NCBI GenBank assembly: GCA_934446365.1
Contig: CAKSDZ010000002.1
Span: forward strand, 122,653 to 186,652
Direction of reading: 5' to 3'
DNA: 64,000 nucleotides
Source: an uncultured Eubacteriales bacterium
GTDB taxonomy: Bacteria; Bacillota; Clostridia; Oscillospirales; CAG-272
The position numbers and the translations under genes were made by a program. The notes under the pieces were generated by a model, which saw nothing but the letters and a program-made list of their open reading frames with translations, was not told the DNA's origin and searched no databases. Shown in pieces: positions 37,560 to 45,951 of the stretch. The first letter of the stretch is position 1, and every line of letters starts with the position of its first letter.

Positions 37560-39518
37560 TCATTTTCCTTCTTTGGCGAGCTGCGCGAGGATATCCGAGG
37601 CAACCTGCTCCGACCGCTTCTGCGCACCCTCATCCGTCATATGCCATGCCGAATTCCAAAAATATTCGTCGTCATAAATGCAGTTCCGGTAATCGGAAAT
37701 CGAAACAACGCCGGGAAGCGAGGTGATAAGAGCCTCGAAATTCAAAACCTCACTCTCGTTTACGGAAGCCATGCCGCTTTTCTGCATGGCGGCAAAGGAG
37801 AAATAAACCGAACCGCCCTTTTCCGTGATCTTCGATAGGAGCGTTTTCAGCGCATCCTCCGCGCCGAACTGACAGCGGAAGGAGTAGCTGTATCTCTGGC
37901 CGTCCCATGCGCGGACGGAGAGATCGTCTCCGTATTTGTCCATTGAAGAGGAAAGCGCGTCAAACCGCTTGAACGTCGTCGAACTGCTCGCAAGGGTTGT
38001 GCAGAAGGTCGAAAACGTCGGAAGCAGGTCGGTATAGAGCGACACATCGATATATTTCAGGAAATCATAGTTGGACTTGCGGAAATCCCAGAACCGGTAC
38101 CCGCAAGTCGTGGTACCAAGCGTCATGGTTCCCGGCTCCGGCGACCAAAGAATGATGTCCCCTTCTCCGATGAAATCCTCGGCGATATCGAAATACAGAA
38201 GCGCGTTGATATTGGCGTTCTCACCCAAATTGATGATTTCATATTCTCCGCCCAAGGCCTCTTCGAGAATGGAGCCGTTATAGCCATAAAGGGAGCCGGA
38301 ACCGCCGATGATGATGATTTTCTTTTTGTCGGCAGCCCATATCAGACGGTCGATTTTCGCCGCACCGCAGCTCTGCCATGTATCATAGAGCGTATAAACC
38401 GTATTGATTCGGATATTTTTTAAGCTCTCGCAATTAAAAAAGCTTCTTTCCGAAATTCCGTTTACGACATCCCGCCAATCGCCCGACGTTTCAAAGGAAG
38501 CGTCAAACAGAATCAGCGTTTCCAAATTCTCGCAGCGGTCAAACGCATATTCCTCGATCTGCTTCACGGTTTTGGCAATCACAAGCGTTTTCATGCCGCT
38601 TTGGTAGAAAGCATCCTCCGCGATTTTCGTCACGGTGCAGCCGCCCAAAATCTGCGGAATCACAACGGTTTCCGCGTTTCCGGTATATCCCGTAATCGTC
38701 GCCGACGAGCCGGAGGTCGTATACGTAAACTCATCCTCGGGCGTATTCTTTTCCCACATGCAGTAGAGGTCGATTTTCGCCGCGCCGTTCGCCGTGACCT
38801 TGCCGCCCAGCGACACAGCCTCGCCCGTGCCGTCCTCTTTTGTGTTATAGCCTACAAGCGTATAGCCGTCCCTCAGAAAATACCGGTTTTCCACACGAGT
38901 GTTGGGATTTTTATAGAAAACAAGAGAAAAGGTCTCCGATTCCGGCATGCCTCCGCTCAGCTTTCCGCCGTTGGGATGATAAACAAGCGTCATGCTCGTA
39001 TTGAGATACACGGTTGTATCATAGGAAGCGTCGAACGTATAGGTCGTATTCTTCGACGCGGCCGTAACCGGTCTCGACGCCGTCGAATTGGCAAGCGCAT
39101 TTCCAATAGACCAGCCGTCGAAGATAAAGTCGTCCTTCATTTTCACCGTAAGCGTCACGGTCTGTCTTGAACCGACGCCTCTTTTCACCTCATACTCGAC
39201 ATCACAGGTGGCGGCATTATAAATGAGCGTCACATAATTTCCGATCTTGACGCTTTCGCTGTCGGGAACGTCGACCGGATCGGGAATCTCCGGCTCCCCG
39301 CCCGTGCCGCTGGTACCGCTCGGCTCCGGCTCTCCGGATGTCGTATCCTCGGCAGAGGTGGTGTCTTCCGGCGGCTGTGCCGTCGTATCTTCTCCCGATG
39401 TGGTATCCGCCGGCTTTCCGGCCGTCGTTTCCACAGGCTTGTCGTTTTTGTCACATGCCGCAAAAAGCGCGCACATCGCGAGCGCCAATATCAATGCGAC
39501 AATTCGTTTGAATTGCAT
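37560..39518 (-). CDS. Lipoprotein: Listeria-Bacteroides (InlB B / Flg_new) repeat + BspA-type LRR + C-terminal SGNH/DltD-like domain
   Basis: MQFKRIVALILALAMCALFAAC lipobox. YHPNGGKL...GYTLVGYNTKEDGTG repeat. LRR segment TVTKIAEDAFYQSGMKTLVIAKTVKQIEEYAFDRCENLETLIL. C-terminal domain IIIIGGSGSLYG...GEGDIILWSPE...YFWNSAWHMTDEG. Confidence 0.7.
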   Translation of the reverse strand: MQFKRIVALILALAMCALFAACDKNDKPVETTAGKPADTTSGEDTTAQPPEDTTSAEDTTSGEPEPSGTSGTGGEPEIPDPVDVPDSESVKIGNYVTLIYNAATCDVEYEVKRGVGSRQTVTLTVKMKDDFIFDGWSIGNALANSTASRPVTAASKNTTYTFDASYDTTVYLNTSMTLVYHPNGGKLSGGMPESETFSLVFYKNPNTRVENRYFLRDGYTLVGYNTKEDGTGEAVSLGGKVTANGAAKIDLYCMWEKNTPEDEFTYTTSGSSATITGYTGNAETVVIPQILGGCTVTKIAEDAFYQSGMKTLVIAKTVKQIEEYAFDRCENLETLILFDASFETSGDWRDVVNGISERSFFNCESLKNIRINTVYTLYDTWQSCGAAKIDRLIWAADKKKIIIIGGSGSLYGYNGSILEEALGGEYEIINLGENANINALLYFDIAEDFIGEGDIILWSPEPGTMTLGTTTCGYRFWDFRKSNYDFLKYIDVSLYTDLLPTFSTFCTTLASSSTTFKRFDALSSSMDKYGDDLSVRAWDGQRYSYSFRCQFGAEDALKTLLSKITEKGGSVYFSFAAMQKSGMASVNESEVLNFEALITSLPGVVSISDYRNCIYDDEYFWNSAWHMTDEGAQKRSEQVASDILAQLAKEGK

Positions 39519-39657
39519 GATTATCCCCCATTCTTTCATAAAACACCGAAAGTCCGCCGTAAGCGGCGCTTCTCCGATCCATAATCCCGAGCGACCGACA
39601 GACAGATCTCTCGGATTTTCATGGCACACCGATTTGTAATATCGAATCGATACAAAA

Positions 39658-39686
39658 ATCATATCACAAAAGCGAAACCATGTCAA
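39658..39686 (-). promoter_or_regulatory. Promoter of the MBOAT operon (leaves a ~130-nt 5' UTR)
   Basis: Minus strand TTGACA (39686-39681), 17 nt, TATGAT (39663-39658). Confidence 0.6.
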
Positions 39687-39884
39687 TTCCCGTCGGCGCC
39701 AAAATTCGGGGCGGCTTTTTAGCAAAAAAGACGAATTCCGGTGCAAATATCCCTTCGCCCTTGTCAAAATGAAATATCTTTGCCGTTGTTGTTGACTTTA
39801 TCCCGAATTCTATGGTATTATAATATTATCTCAAACTTGTATCAATTCTATTATATATAAAAAATCAACGAGAGGATATGGATC

Positions 39885-40337
39885 ATGAAAGTAGTATTGC
39901 TTTGCGACGTCAAGGGACAAGGGAAAAAAGGAGAGGTCGTCAACGTATCGGACGGATACGCGAGGAATTTTCTGTTCCCGAAAAATCTCGCCACACTCGC
40001 GGATAATAAAATTATGAACGAGCTGAAAGGCAAAGAGGAAGCGCGGCTCCGCCAAATCGAGCTGGAAAAGCAGGCAGCGCGCGCTACGGCGGAAAAGCTT
40101 CAAGGCATCGTTGTGAAAATCGGGGCACAGGCCGGCGCCGACGGCAAAATATACGGCTCCGTCACGACAAAGGAAATCGCGGAGCAGCTGGCTGCCCAGC
40201 ACGGGATCGAGGTAGACCGCAGGAAAATCAATCTTGCCGACCCCATCAAGGCATTCGGCACCTATACGCCCGAAATCAAGCTGTATCCTGAAATCACAGG
40301 AAAAATCAACGTCATCGTCACCGACTCGGACAAATAA
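39885..40337 (+). CDS. rplI: 50S ribosomal protein L9
   Basis: [36 protein letters not shown]. Confidence 0.96.
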   Translation: MKVVLLCDVKGQGKKGEVVNVSDGYARNFLFPKNLATLADNKIMNELKGKEEARLRQIELEKQAARATAEKLQGIVVKIGAQAGADGKIYGSVTTKEIAEQLAAQHGIEVDRRKINLADPIKAFGTYTPEIKLYPEITGKINVIVTDSDK

Positions 40338-40391
40338 CCGCGGTTTCAAAAACCTATATGCGCCGGTCAACACGGCGAAAGGGAGCTCCAT

Positions 40392-41723
40392 ATGGCTGAA
40401 AATCAAAGAAGTCTTCCGTGCGCGCTCGAAGCGGAGCAGTCCGTACTCGGCTCAATTTTAATCGACCCGAACTGCTTCGCGGACCTCACGGAAATTATCC
40501 GCGGCGAGGATTTCTATCTCGAGGAACACGGCGAAATCTTCTACGCGATGTATGACCTTTTCTCGAAAAACAGAGAAATCGACCTTGTCACGCTGATTGA
40601 TACGCTCGTTTCCCGCGGGATCTACAACGAGGAAGAAAGCAAAAAATACATCAAAATCATCGCGGAAACCGTGCCGTCCGCATCCAATGTGCTCGATTAT
40701 GCGCAGATTGTGAGAGAAAAAAGCCTGCTGCGTTCGCTCATTGCCGCGTCGGACGAAATCCGCGATATGGCGTTTTCCGCGCAGGGAGACGTAAAGGATA
40801 TCATCGACAGCGCCGAGCAAAAGGTGTTCTCCATCGCGCAGGGCAGCGAGGCCAAGGGCTTCGTCCACATCAGAGAAGCCATCAGCCGCACCTATGCAAG
40901 GCTTGACCTGCTCGCCAAGGACAAAAGCGCGGCTTCGGGAACGCCGACCGGCTATTCCGCACTCGACCGGACGCTCGTCGGGCTCGGCGAGGGCGACCTC
41001 GTGCTGGTCGGTGCGCGTCCCGGCATGGGAAAAACCAGCTTCGCCATGAATATTGCGGCCAATATTGCAAAATCGACGAAAAAGAATATCTGCGTTTTCT
41101 CGCTCGAAATGTCGGCAGAGCAGCTCGCCTCCCGTATGCTGTCGAGCGAGGCGCTTGTCGACAGCTACGCGATCCGCTCCGGAGAGCTGAATCCGGAGCA
41201 GTATAAAAAGCTTGCGGACGCCGCAGCCGAGCTTTCGGAATGCAACATTTTAATCGACGACACGACGGGAATCACCGTCACCAGAATGAAAGCGAAGCTT
41301 CGCCGCGTCAAGAATCTCGGCCTTGTCGTCGTGGACTATTTGCAGCTCATGCAGAGCGAACGCAAAACCGACAGCCGTGTGCTCGAGGTCGGAGACATCT
41401 CCCGCGGCCTGAAGCTTCTCGCCAAGGACCTGAAAATCCCCGTCATCTGCTGCGCACAGCTCTCCCGCGGACCGGAAAGCCGCACGGACAAGCGTCCGAT
41501 GCTGTCCGACCTGCGAGACTCCGGCGCCATCGAGCAGGACGCCGACATCGTCCTGTTCCTCTACCGCGACGAGTACTACAAGGAGCCCGGAGAGGGCGAG
41601 CAGAGCGTCGCGGAATGTATCGTAGCCAAAAACCGCCACGGCTCGACCGGAACCGTAAAGCTCGGCTGGATCGGGCAGTTCACCAAATTCATCACGCAGG
41701 ATTTTGAGCATGAAGAACCGTGA
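40392..41723 (+). CDS. dnaB: Replicative DNA helicase DnaB
   Basis: LPCALEAEQSVLGSILID...GARPGMGKTSFAMNIA...VVDYLQLM...SQLSRGPE. Confidence 0.97.
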   Translation: MAENQRSLPCALEAEQSVLGSILIDPNCFADLTEIIRGEDFYLEEHGEIFYAMYDLFSKNREIDLVTLIDTLVSRGIYNEEESKKYIKIIAETVPSASNVLDYAQIVREKSLLRSLIAASDEIRDMAFSAQGDVKDIIDSAEQKVFSIAQGSEAKGFVHIREAISRTYARLDLLAKDKSAASGTPTGYSALDRTLVGLGEGDLVLVGARPGMGKTSFAMNIAANIAKSTKKNICVFSLEMSAEQLASRMLSSEALVDSYAIRSGELNPEQYKKLADAAAELSECNILIDDTTGITVTRMKAKLRRVKNLGLVVVDYLQLMQSERKTDSRVLEVGDISRGLKLLAKDLKIPVICCAQLSRGPESRTDKRPMLSDLRDSGAIEQDADIVLFLYRDEYYKEPGEGEQSVAECIVAKNRHGSTGTVKLGWIGQFTKFITQDFEHEEP

Positions 41724-43071
41724 AGCCGCGCTGACCCGTAAAATCAGAGACTTCTGCAAGTCGCATGATTTTTATACGGACGGAGAAAGAACGCTCGTCG
41801 GCTTTTCCGGCGGCGCGGATTCCGTCTGTCTTGTTCATGCGCTCCATACCTTGCTCGGCGCCGACCGGCTTATCGCCGTGCACGTCAATCATATGCTCCG
41901 CGGCGCCGAAGCCGACGCGGACGAGGCGTTCTGCCGGGATTTCTGTGCCGAGCGGGAGATTCCTTTTTTCACAAGAAAAATCGACGTTTCGGCGATATGC
42001 GGCAGTGCGGGCTTTGAAAAGGCCGCGCGCGACATCCGCTATGCCGTATTCCGGGAGGAAGCCGAAAAAAACGGCTGCACCTCCGTTTCCCTTGCGCATA
42101 CGGCGAGCGACAATCTCGAAACGGTGATTTTTCATCTTTGCCGCGGTACGGGACTTGCCGGGCTTGCCGGCATTCCGCCGAAGCGTCCGCTCGGACCTAT
42201 CACCGTCGTGCGGCCGCTCCTCTCCTGCACAAGAGAGGAAATCATGGCGTATATCGAAGAAAACGGCCTGTTCTATCGGACAGATTCGACCAATTCCGAT
42301 ATCCGCTATACACGGAACTTTATCCGGCATGAAATCGTACCGCTTCTCAAACAAATCAATCCCGCGGCGGAAGCAAACGCGGGTGCTGCGGCTGCCGCCG
42401 CCTTGGACGCGGCGGACTATCTCCACGCCGAAGCCGTCAAAATCACGGAAAAAAATCAGCTCCGGACGGAAGCGCCCACAGCGCTGCTCTCTTCCCTGCC
42501 GTCCGCACTGTTTTACGACCTGCTGGATACGATGTATCAAAACGCCGGAGGCGACACGCTTTATTCCGTTCAGGCGGAAGCCGTGCGCAGACTGATTCGG
42601 TCGGGAAAAAAAGGCCGTCATATCGAGCTTGCGGGCGCAATCGTCGCCGCGGTCGACGGAGCCACGCTCCGCCTCGTGCCGAAAAAGGATTTTGAAAACG
42701 AGGCTCGCGGCGCCGATTTTTCCGTACCGCTGCACATCGGAGAAAACCGTCTGCCCTGCGGCGGCAAGCTTTATATCGGAATCACGCCTCCCGCGGATTT
42801 GACGGAAGCCGCACGGTTTTCGGCGCATATCCGCCTGCCCGAAGCCTCGCTGCGCTCTCTTTATGCGAGAACTCGCCGCGAAGGCGAGAGCTACCGCACG
42901 GGCGGCATGACGCGCACGTTCAAAAAGCTGCTTTGCGGCGCGCCTCTCGCGGTCAAGCGCTGCCGTCCCGTCGTCTGCGATACGGACGGCATCCTTTGGT
43001 TTCCCGGCGCCGGACTTGCCGACGGCAAAGCCTGCGGCGAGCTCACGGACGCTTTTTATCTTGAATTTTGA
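41710..43071 (+). CDS. tilS: tRNA(Ile)-lysidine synthetase
   Basis: LVGFSGGADSVCLVHAL PP-loop. The ATG at 41710 overlaps the dnaB end (the track start at 41704 is TTG). Confidence 0.9.
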   Translation: MKNREAALTRKIRDFCKSHDFYTDGERTLVGFSGGADSVCLVHALHTLLGADRLIAVHVNHMLRGAEADADEAFCRDFCAEREIPFFTRKIDVSAICGSAGFEKAARDIRYAVFREEAEKNGCTSVSLAHTASDNLETVIFHLCRGTGLAGLAGIPPKRPLGPITVVRPLLSCTREEIMAYIEENGLFYRTDSTNSDIRYTRNFIRHEIVPLLKQINPAAEANAGAAAAAALDAADYLHAEAVKITEKNQLRTEAPTALLSSLPSALFYDLLDTMYQNAGGDTLYSVQAEAVRRLIRSGKKGRHIELAGAIVAAVDGATLRLVPKKDFENEARGADFSVPLHIGENRLPCGGKLYIGITPPADLTEAARFSAHIRLPEASLRSLYARTRREGESYRTGGMTRTFKKLLCGAPLAVKRCRPVVCDTDGILWFPGAGLADGKACGELTDAFYLEF

Positions 43072-43093
43072 CTTTTCCGAAAGGGATAAAATC

Positions 43094-43642
43094 ATGGACT
43101 TACAGCACGATATCGAAAAAATTCTCCTTTCCGAAGCGGAGCTTGATGCCATTGTCGAGGGTCTTGCCGTTCGCATCAGCCGCGACTATGCGGACAAAAA
43201 GCTGCTTCTCATCGGCATTTTGAAGGGTTCCGTCGTCTTTATGGGAGATCTGATGAAAAAGCTGACGGTGCCCTCTCAAATCGATTTTATGAAGGTTTCC
43301 TCCTACGGCTCCGGCACGCAGTCCTCGGGGAATCTGAAAATCACGCTCGACCTGCTCCGGAATGACTTGGATAAAACCGATATTCTCGTCGTCGAGGATA
43401 TCATCGACAGCGGAAAGACGCTGGACGCGCTCACAAAAATGCTTGCATCCCGCGGCGCGCGCAGTATCCGGACCTGCACGCTGCTCGACAAGCCGTCACG
43501 CCGCGAGGTCGCGTTCACGCCGGATTACATAGGAGCGGAAATCCCCGACGAATTTGTCGTCGGCTATGGGCTTGACTATGACGAGGATTACCGCACGCTC
43601 CCGTTCGTCGGCATCCTGAAAAAAGAAATTTATCAAAAATAA
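43094..43642 (+). CDS. hpt: Hypoxanthine phosphoribosyltransferase
   Basis: ILVVEDIIDSGKTL PRPP motif and EFVVGYGLDY. Confidence 0.95.
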   Translation: MDLQHDIEKILLSEAELDAIVEGLAVRISRDYADKKLLLIGILKGSVVFMGDLMKKLTVPSQIDFMKVSSYGSGTQSSGNLKITLDLLRNDLDKTDILVVEDIIDSGKTLDALTKMLASRGARSIRTCTLLDKPSRREVAFTPDYIGAEIPDEFVVGYGLDYDEDYRTLPFVGILKKEIYQK

Positions 43643-43723
43643 ACACATATCATGAGAAAAACGGCGCCTCCATTCGACAAAAAGACAAAACCGCTTCCAA
43701 GTATAAGAGAAAGGAATTTTGTC

Positions 43724-43975
43724 ATGAAAAAATGGATTGCGCCGTTTCTTGTCCTCGCGCTGGCCGTTCTGCTCATCGTCTGCGGAAAAGGAATCACGGA
43801 AAAAATTCTCGAAAGAAACGCGGACAAAACCGATTCGGGCAGAAAGCTCCATGCGTCACAAATGATATCTTCGTTCACAGCGGATTTCATCGCTCCCCGC
43901 TGCACTTATGAAACAAGCGGGGAAATCATATTCTTTTCTCCCGACGGAGAACCGAGCGAAAGGAGCATCATATGA
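43724..43975 (+). CDS. Small signal-anchored hypothetical protein
   Basis: MKKWIAPFLVLALAVLLIVCGKG.... AAAGGA RBS; the stop overlaps the next ATG. Confidence 0.45.
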   Translation: MKKWIAPFLVLALAVLLIVCGKGITEKILERNADKTDSGRKLHASQMISSFTADFIAPRCTYETSGEIIFFSPDGEPSERSII

Positions 43976-45168
43976 AAAAATCACTTTCCCTCTTTCTGAC
44001 CGCCTGCCTCTGTATCGTCCTGCTCTGCGCCTGCACGGAACAGCCGTCACCGCCTCCGCCGGGGACGGAAAACGCGCCCATAACCGACGCCGACAGATCC
44101 GAGGAGAGCATGGCGCAGTCATCACAAAATACAGAAACGCCGCCGGCTGTCACCCAAGCCGATACCGAGACGGAAAGCGGTGAAAAAGCGCCGGATATCA
44201 TCTCCGGAGCCGAAATTTTGAGATTTCCCTATGCCGACGGCATTCTGTTTGAACAGCTCGGCGCGGCGGCGTCCTCGCAGGACACGTCCGTCATACGGAT
44301 CCGAACCGAAAAAGATTTCCGCGAGTTTTTGGAAGAAGCGGCAGCTTTCATTCAGAAAATGGGCGGATACGGGTATGATTTCGATGCGTCCCGCCTGTCG
44401 TCCGCATATGACGAAGCCTTTTTCGCGGAACGCTCGCTTCTCGTCTTTCAGCTCTCCGCGGAAAGCGGCTCCATCCGTTACCGCAATCCGAATATCTCCT
44501 ATGACAAAAGCACCGACACCATCGCGGTGACGGTAGAAAAATGCATTCCCGAGGCCGGCACCTGCGACATGGCCTCATGGCTCTTGCTTGTGCCTCTTGA
44601 AGCCGACATGGCTGAGGCGGAAACCGTCCGGCTTTCGGTGAGCGTGATAAGGGAGGGCACAGATATCTCCGAACCGACAAGCATACAAAGCGATGCGGAA
44701 GGCGTCTATATCACCCGCATTTCCTATGTCGATCATAAGGAAGTATTAAACAACATCCCTTATGAAACGATATCCGCCAATACCGGTACTGCATTTTCTC
44801 TGATGCGTTTTTCCCGCTGGGAAGAGTTTTCCGCATGGAAAGAGGAAAATCTCCTCCCACATGAAAGCGTGAAAGGATACGGGCAGGACGGTCAAGCGAC
44901 GACGGCTGCCGCGGTTTTCGACGAAGCTTTCTTTGAAGAAAACGCGCTTTTTGTCCTGCTTTGGAGTGAATCAAGCGGCTCTTATTCTCATGAGTTCCGG
45001 AGCGCTACATGCGACAAGGCCGGAGAGGTCACCGTCGTGGTGCAGACCACCCGTCCGCAGCTTCACACAGATGACATGGCCTCGTGGCTTCTGTTCCTGC
45101 CGATAAAACCGGAATATGCCGACACGGAATCGGTCAGCATTCTGATTTCGATTCAAGACACAGAATAA
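43972..45168 (+). CDS. Hypothetical lipoprotein with an internally duplicated ~110-aa domain
   Basis: MKKSLSLFLTACLCIVLLCAC lipobox. Two copies of the pattern DEAFF-E--L-V---SES-GS...DK...V-V....DMASWLL--P. Confidence 0.65.
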   Translation: MKKSLSLFLTACLCIVLLCACTEQPSPPPPGTENAPITDADRSEESMAQSSQNTETPPAVTQADTETESGEKAPDIISGAEILRFPYADGILFEQLGAAASSQDTSVIRIRTEKDFREFLEEAAAFIQKMGGYGYDFDASRLSSAYDEAFFAERSLLVFQLSAESGSIRYRNPNISYDKSTDTIAVTVEKCIPEAGTCDMASWLLLVPLEADMAEAETVRLSVSVIREGTDISEPTSIQSDAEGVYITRISYVDHKEVLNNIPYETISANTGTAFSLMRFSRWEEFSAWKEENLLPHESVKGYGQDGQATTAAAVFDEAFFEENALFVLLWSESSGSYSHEFRSATCDKAGEVTVVVQTTRPQLHTDDMASWLLFLPIKPEYADTESVSILISIQDTE

Positions 45169-45339
45169 CAAAAAAGAGAGCGTCTCCGCAGTTCCCATAG
45201 GGATTTAAGTTTAATAACGGCAAAACTTGCCTTTTCAAAAGTCGAGTTTTCTTTTACGCACGCAAAACTGCTTTAATATAATTTGTTTTTATGGTAAAAT
45301 AAACCCACCGATAAAAGGGAATTTATAGAATAGTAGGAT

Positions 45340-45780
45340 ATGAAGAAAATGAGTAATACCTTAAGAATCATTAAGAATGTGGAAAATATAAAAGAACATA
45401 ACAATGTTGCGTTAGAGTGTGATTTAATATGTGAATGCGGAAATAAATACTTTAAAATATATCATTCCGGAAAACAAACCAAAGGTATATTTGCCCCTTA
45501 TTTAGTTAAAAGCAATCATCAAATAGTTATTGAAGGAAAATGCACATGTTGTGAAAAGAGTATTGTAATTTTTGATAGCAGCCTTGACGGAACAAAAAAA
45601 TGCGAATTAAGTAAAACTCCTAAACAATTATTTAATATTTTAAACGATATTTACGCCTATAAAATTCATTTAATGTATAACTACTATGAAAACAATTTCA
45701 GAACAAACTTGTTTGAGGACTGTTTCATAGAAATATCCAATAGTAAATTCAAAAAGCCACGTCGCTTGTATGAAGGATGA
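45340..45780 (+). CDS. Hypothetical Cys-rich (CxxxCxC ... CxCC) 146-aa protein; cargo of the cassette
   Basis: MKKMSNTLRIIKNV...CDLICECGNKYFKIYHSGKQ...GKCTCCEKSIVIFD. AT-rich codon usage unlike the host genes. GGA-rich RBS (aatagtaggatATG). Confidence 0.55.
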   Translation: MKKMSNTLRIIKNVENIKEHNNVALECDLICECGNKYFKIYHSGKQTKGIFAPYLVKSNHQIVIEGKCTCCEKSIVIFDSSLDGTKKCELSKTPKQLFNILNDIYAYKIHLMYNYYENNFRTNLFEDCFIEISNSKFKKPRRLYEG

Positions 45781-45811
45781 TAAGAATATATTAGAAAAAC
45801 ACTTTCAAAAG

Positions 45812-45925
45812 TGTAGCACACTATACTTAACAGAGTTAAGTCGTGTGTTTTTGCAAAGCAAAAAGGAAAAGACTAACGAAAATTTTCGTTAGTCTTTTAT
45901 ACTATCTAAAAAATCCCTATGGGAA
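45812..45925 (-). repeat. ~110-bp conserved module, copy 2 (inverse orientation relative to 7963-8073)
   Basis: Contains the 32-nt perfect palindrome AAAAGACTAACGAAAATTTTCGTTAGTCTTTT (45867-45898), hairpin CTTAAC/GTTAAG, GTAGCACACTAT, and the terminal AAATCCCTATGGGAA. Confidence 0.7.
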
Positions 45926-45951
45926 ACGACCCTTCCACGCTCTCTTTTTTG

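Larger units (their letters stand above)
45192..45925. mobile_element. 734-bp AT-rich cassette bounded by perfect 15-bp inverted repeats, inserted inside a terminator palindrome
   Basis: TTCCCATAGGGATTT (45192-45206) / AAATCCCTATGGGAA (45911-45925). Outer split palindrome AAAAAAGAGAGCGT (45170-45183) / ACGCTCTCTTTTTT (45937-45950). No transposase is present. Confidence 0.5.

Noticed and set aside
39519-39650. The ~130-nt 5' UTR of the MBOAT operon as a possible riboswitch (hairpins CCGAG...CTCGG and a CCGC..GCGG stem).
   Set aside because: I could not match it to any riboswitch core I know (c-di-GMP, c-di-AMP and others). There is no terminator or RBS-sequestering helix. It is noted only inside the operon finding.
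45867-45898. Integron attC interpretation of the palindrome. It contains GACTAAC ... GTTAGTC, resembling the RYYYAAC / GTTRRRY core sites.
   Set aside because: Each core matches only 6 of 7 positions. The palindrome is perfect and only 32 nt, with no extrahelical bases or L boxes. No intI or attI is nearby, and integrons are rare in Firmicutes. It is kept only as a remote alternative for the cassette findings.
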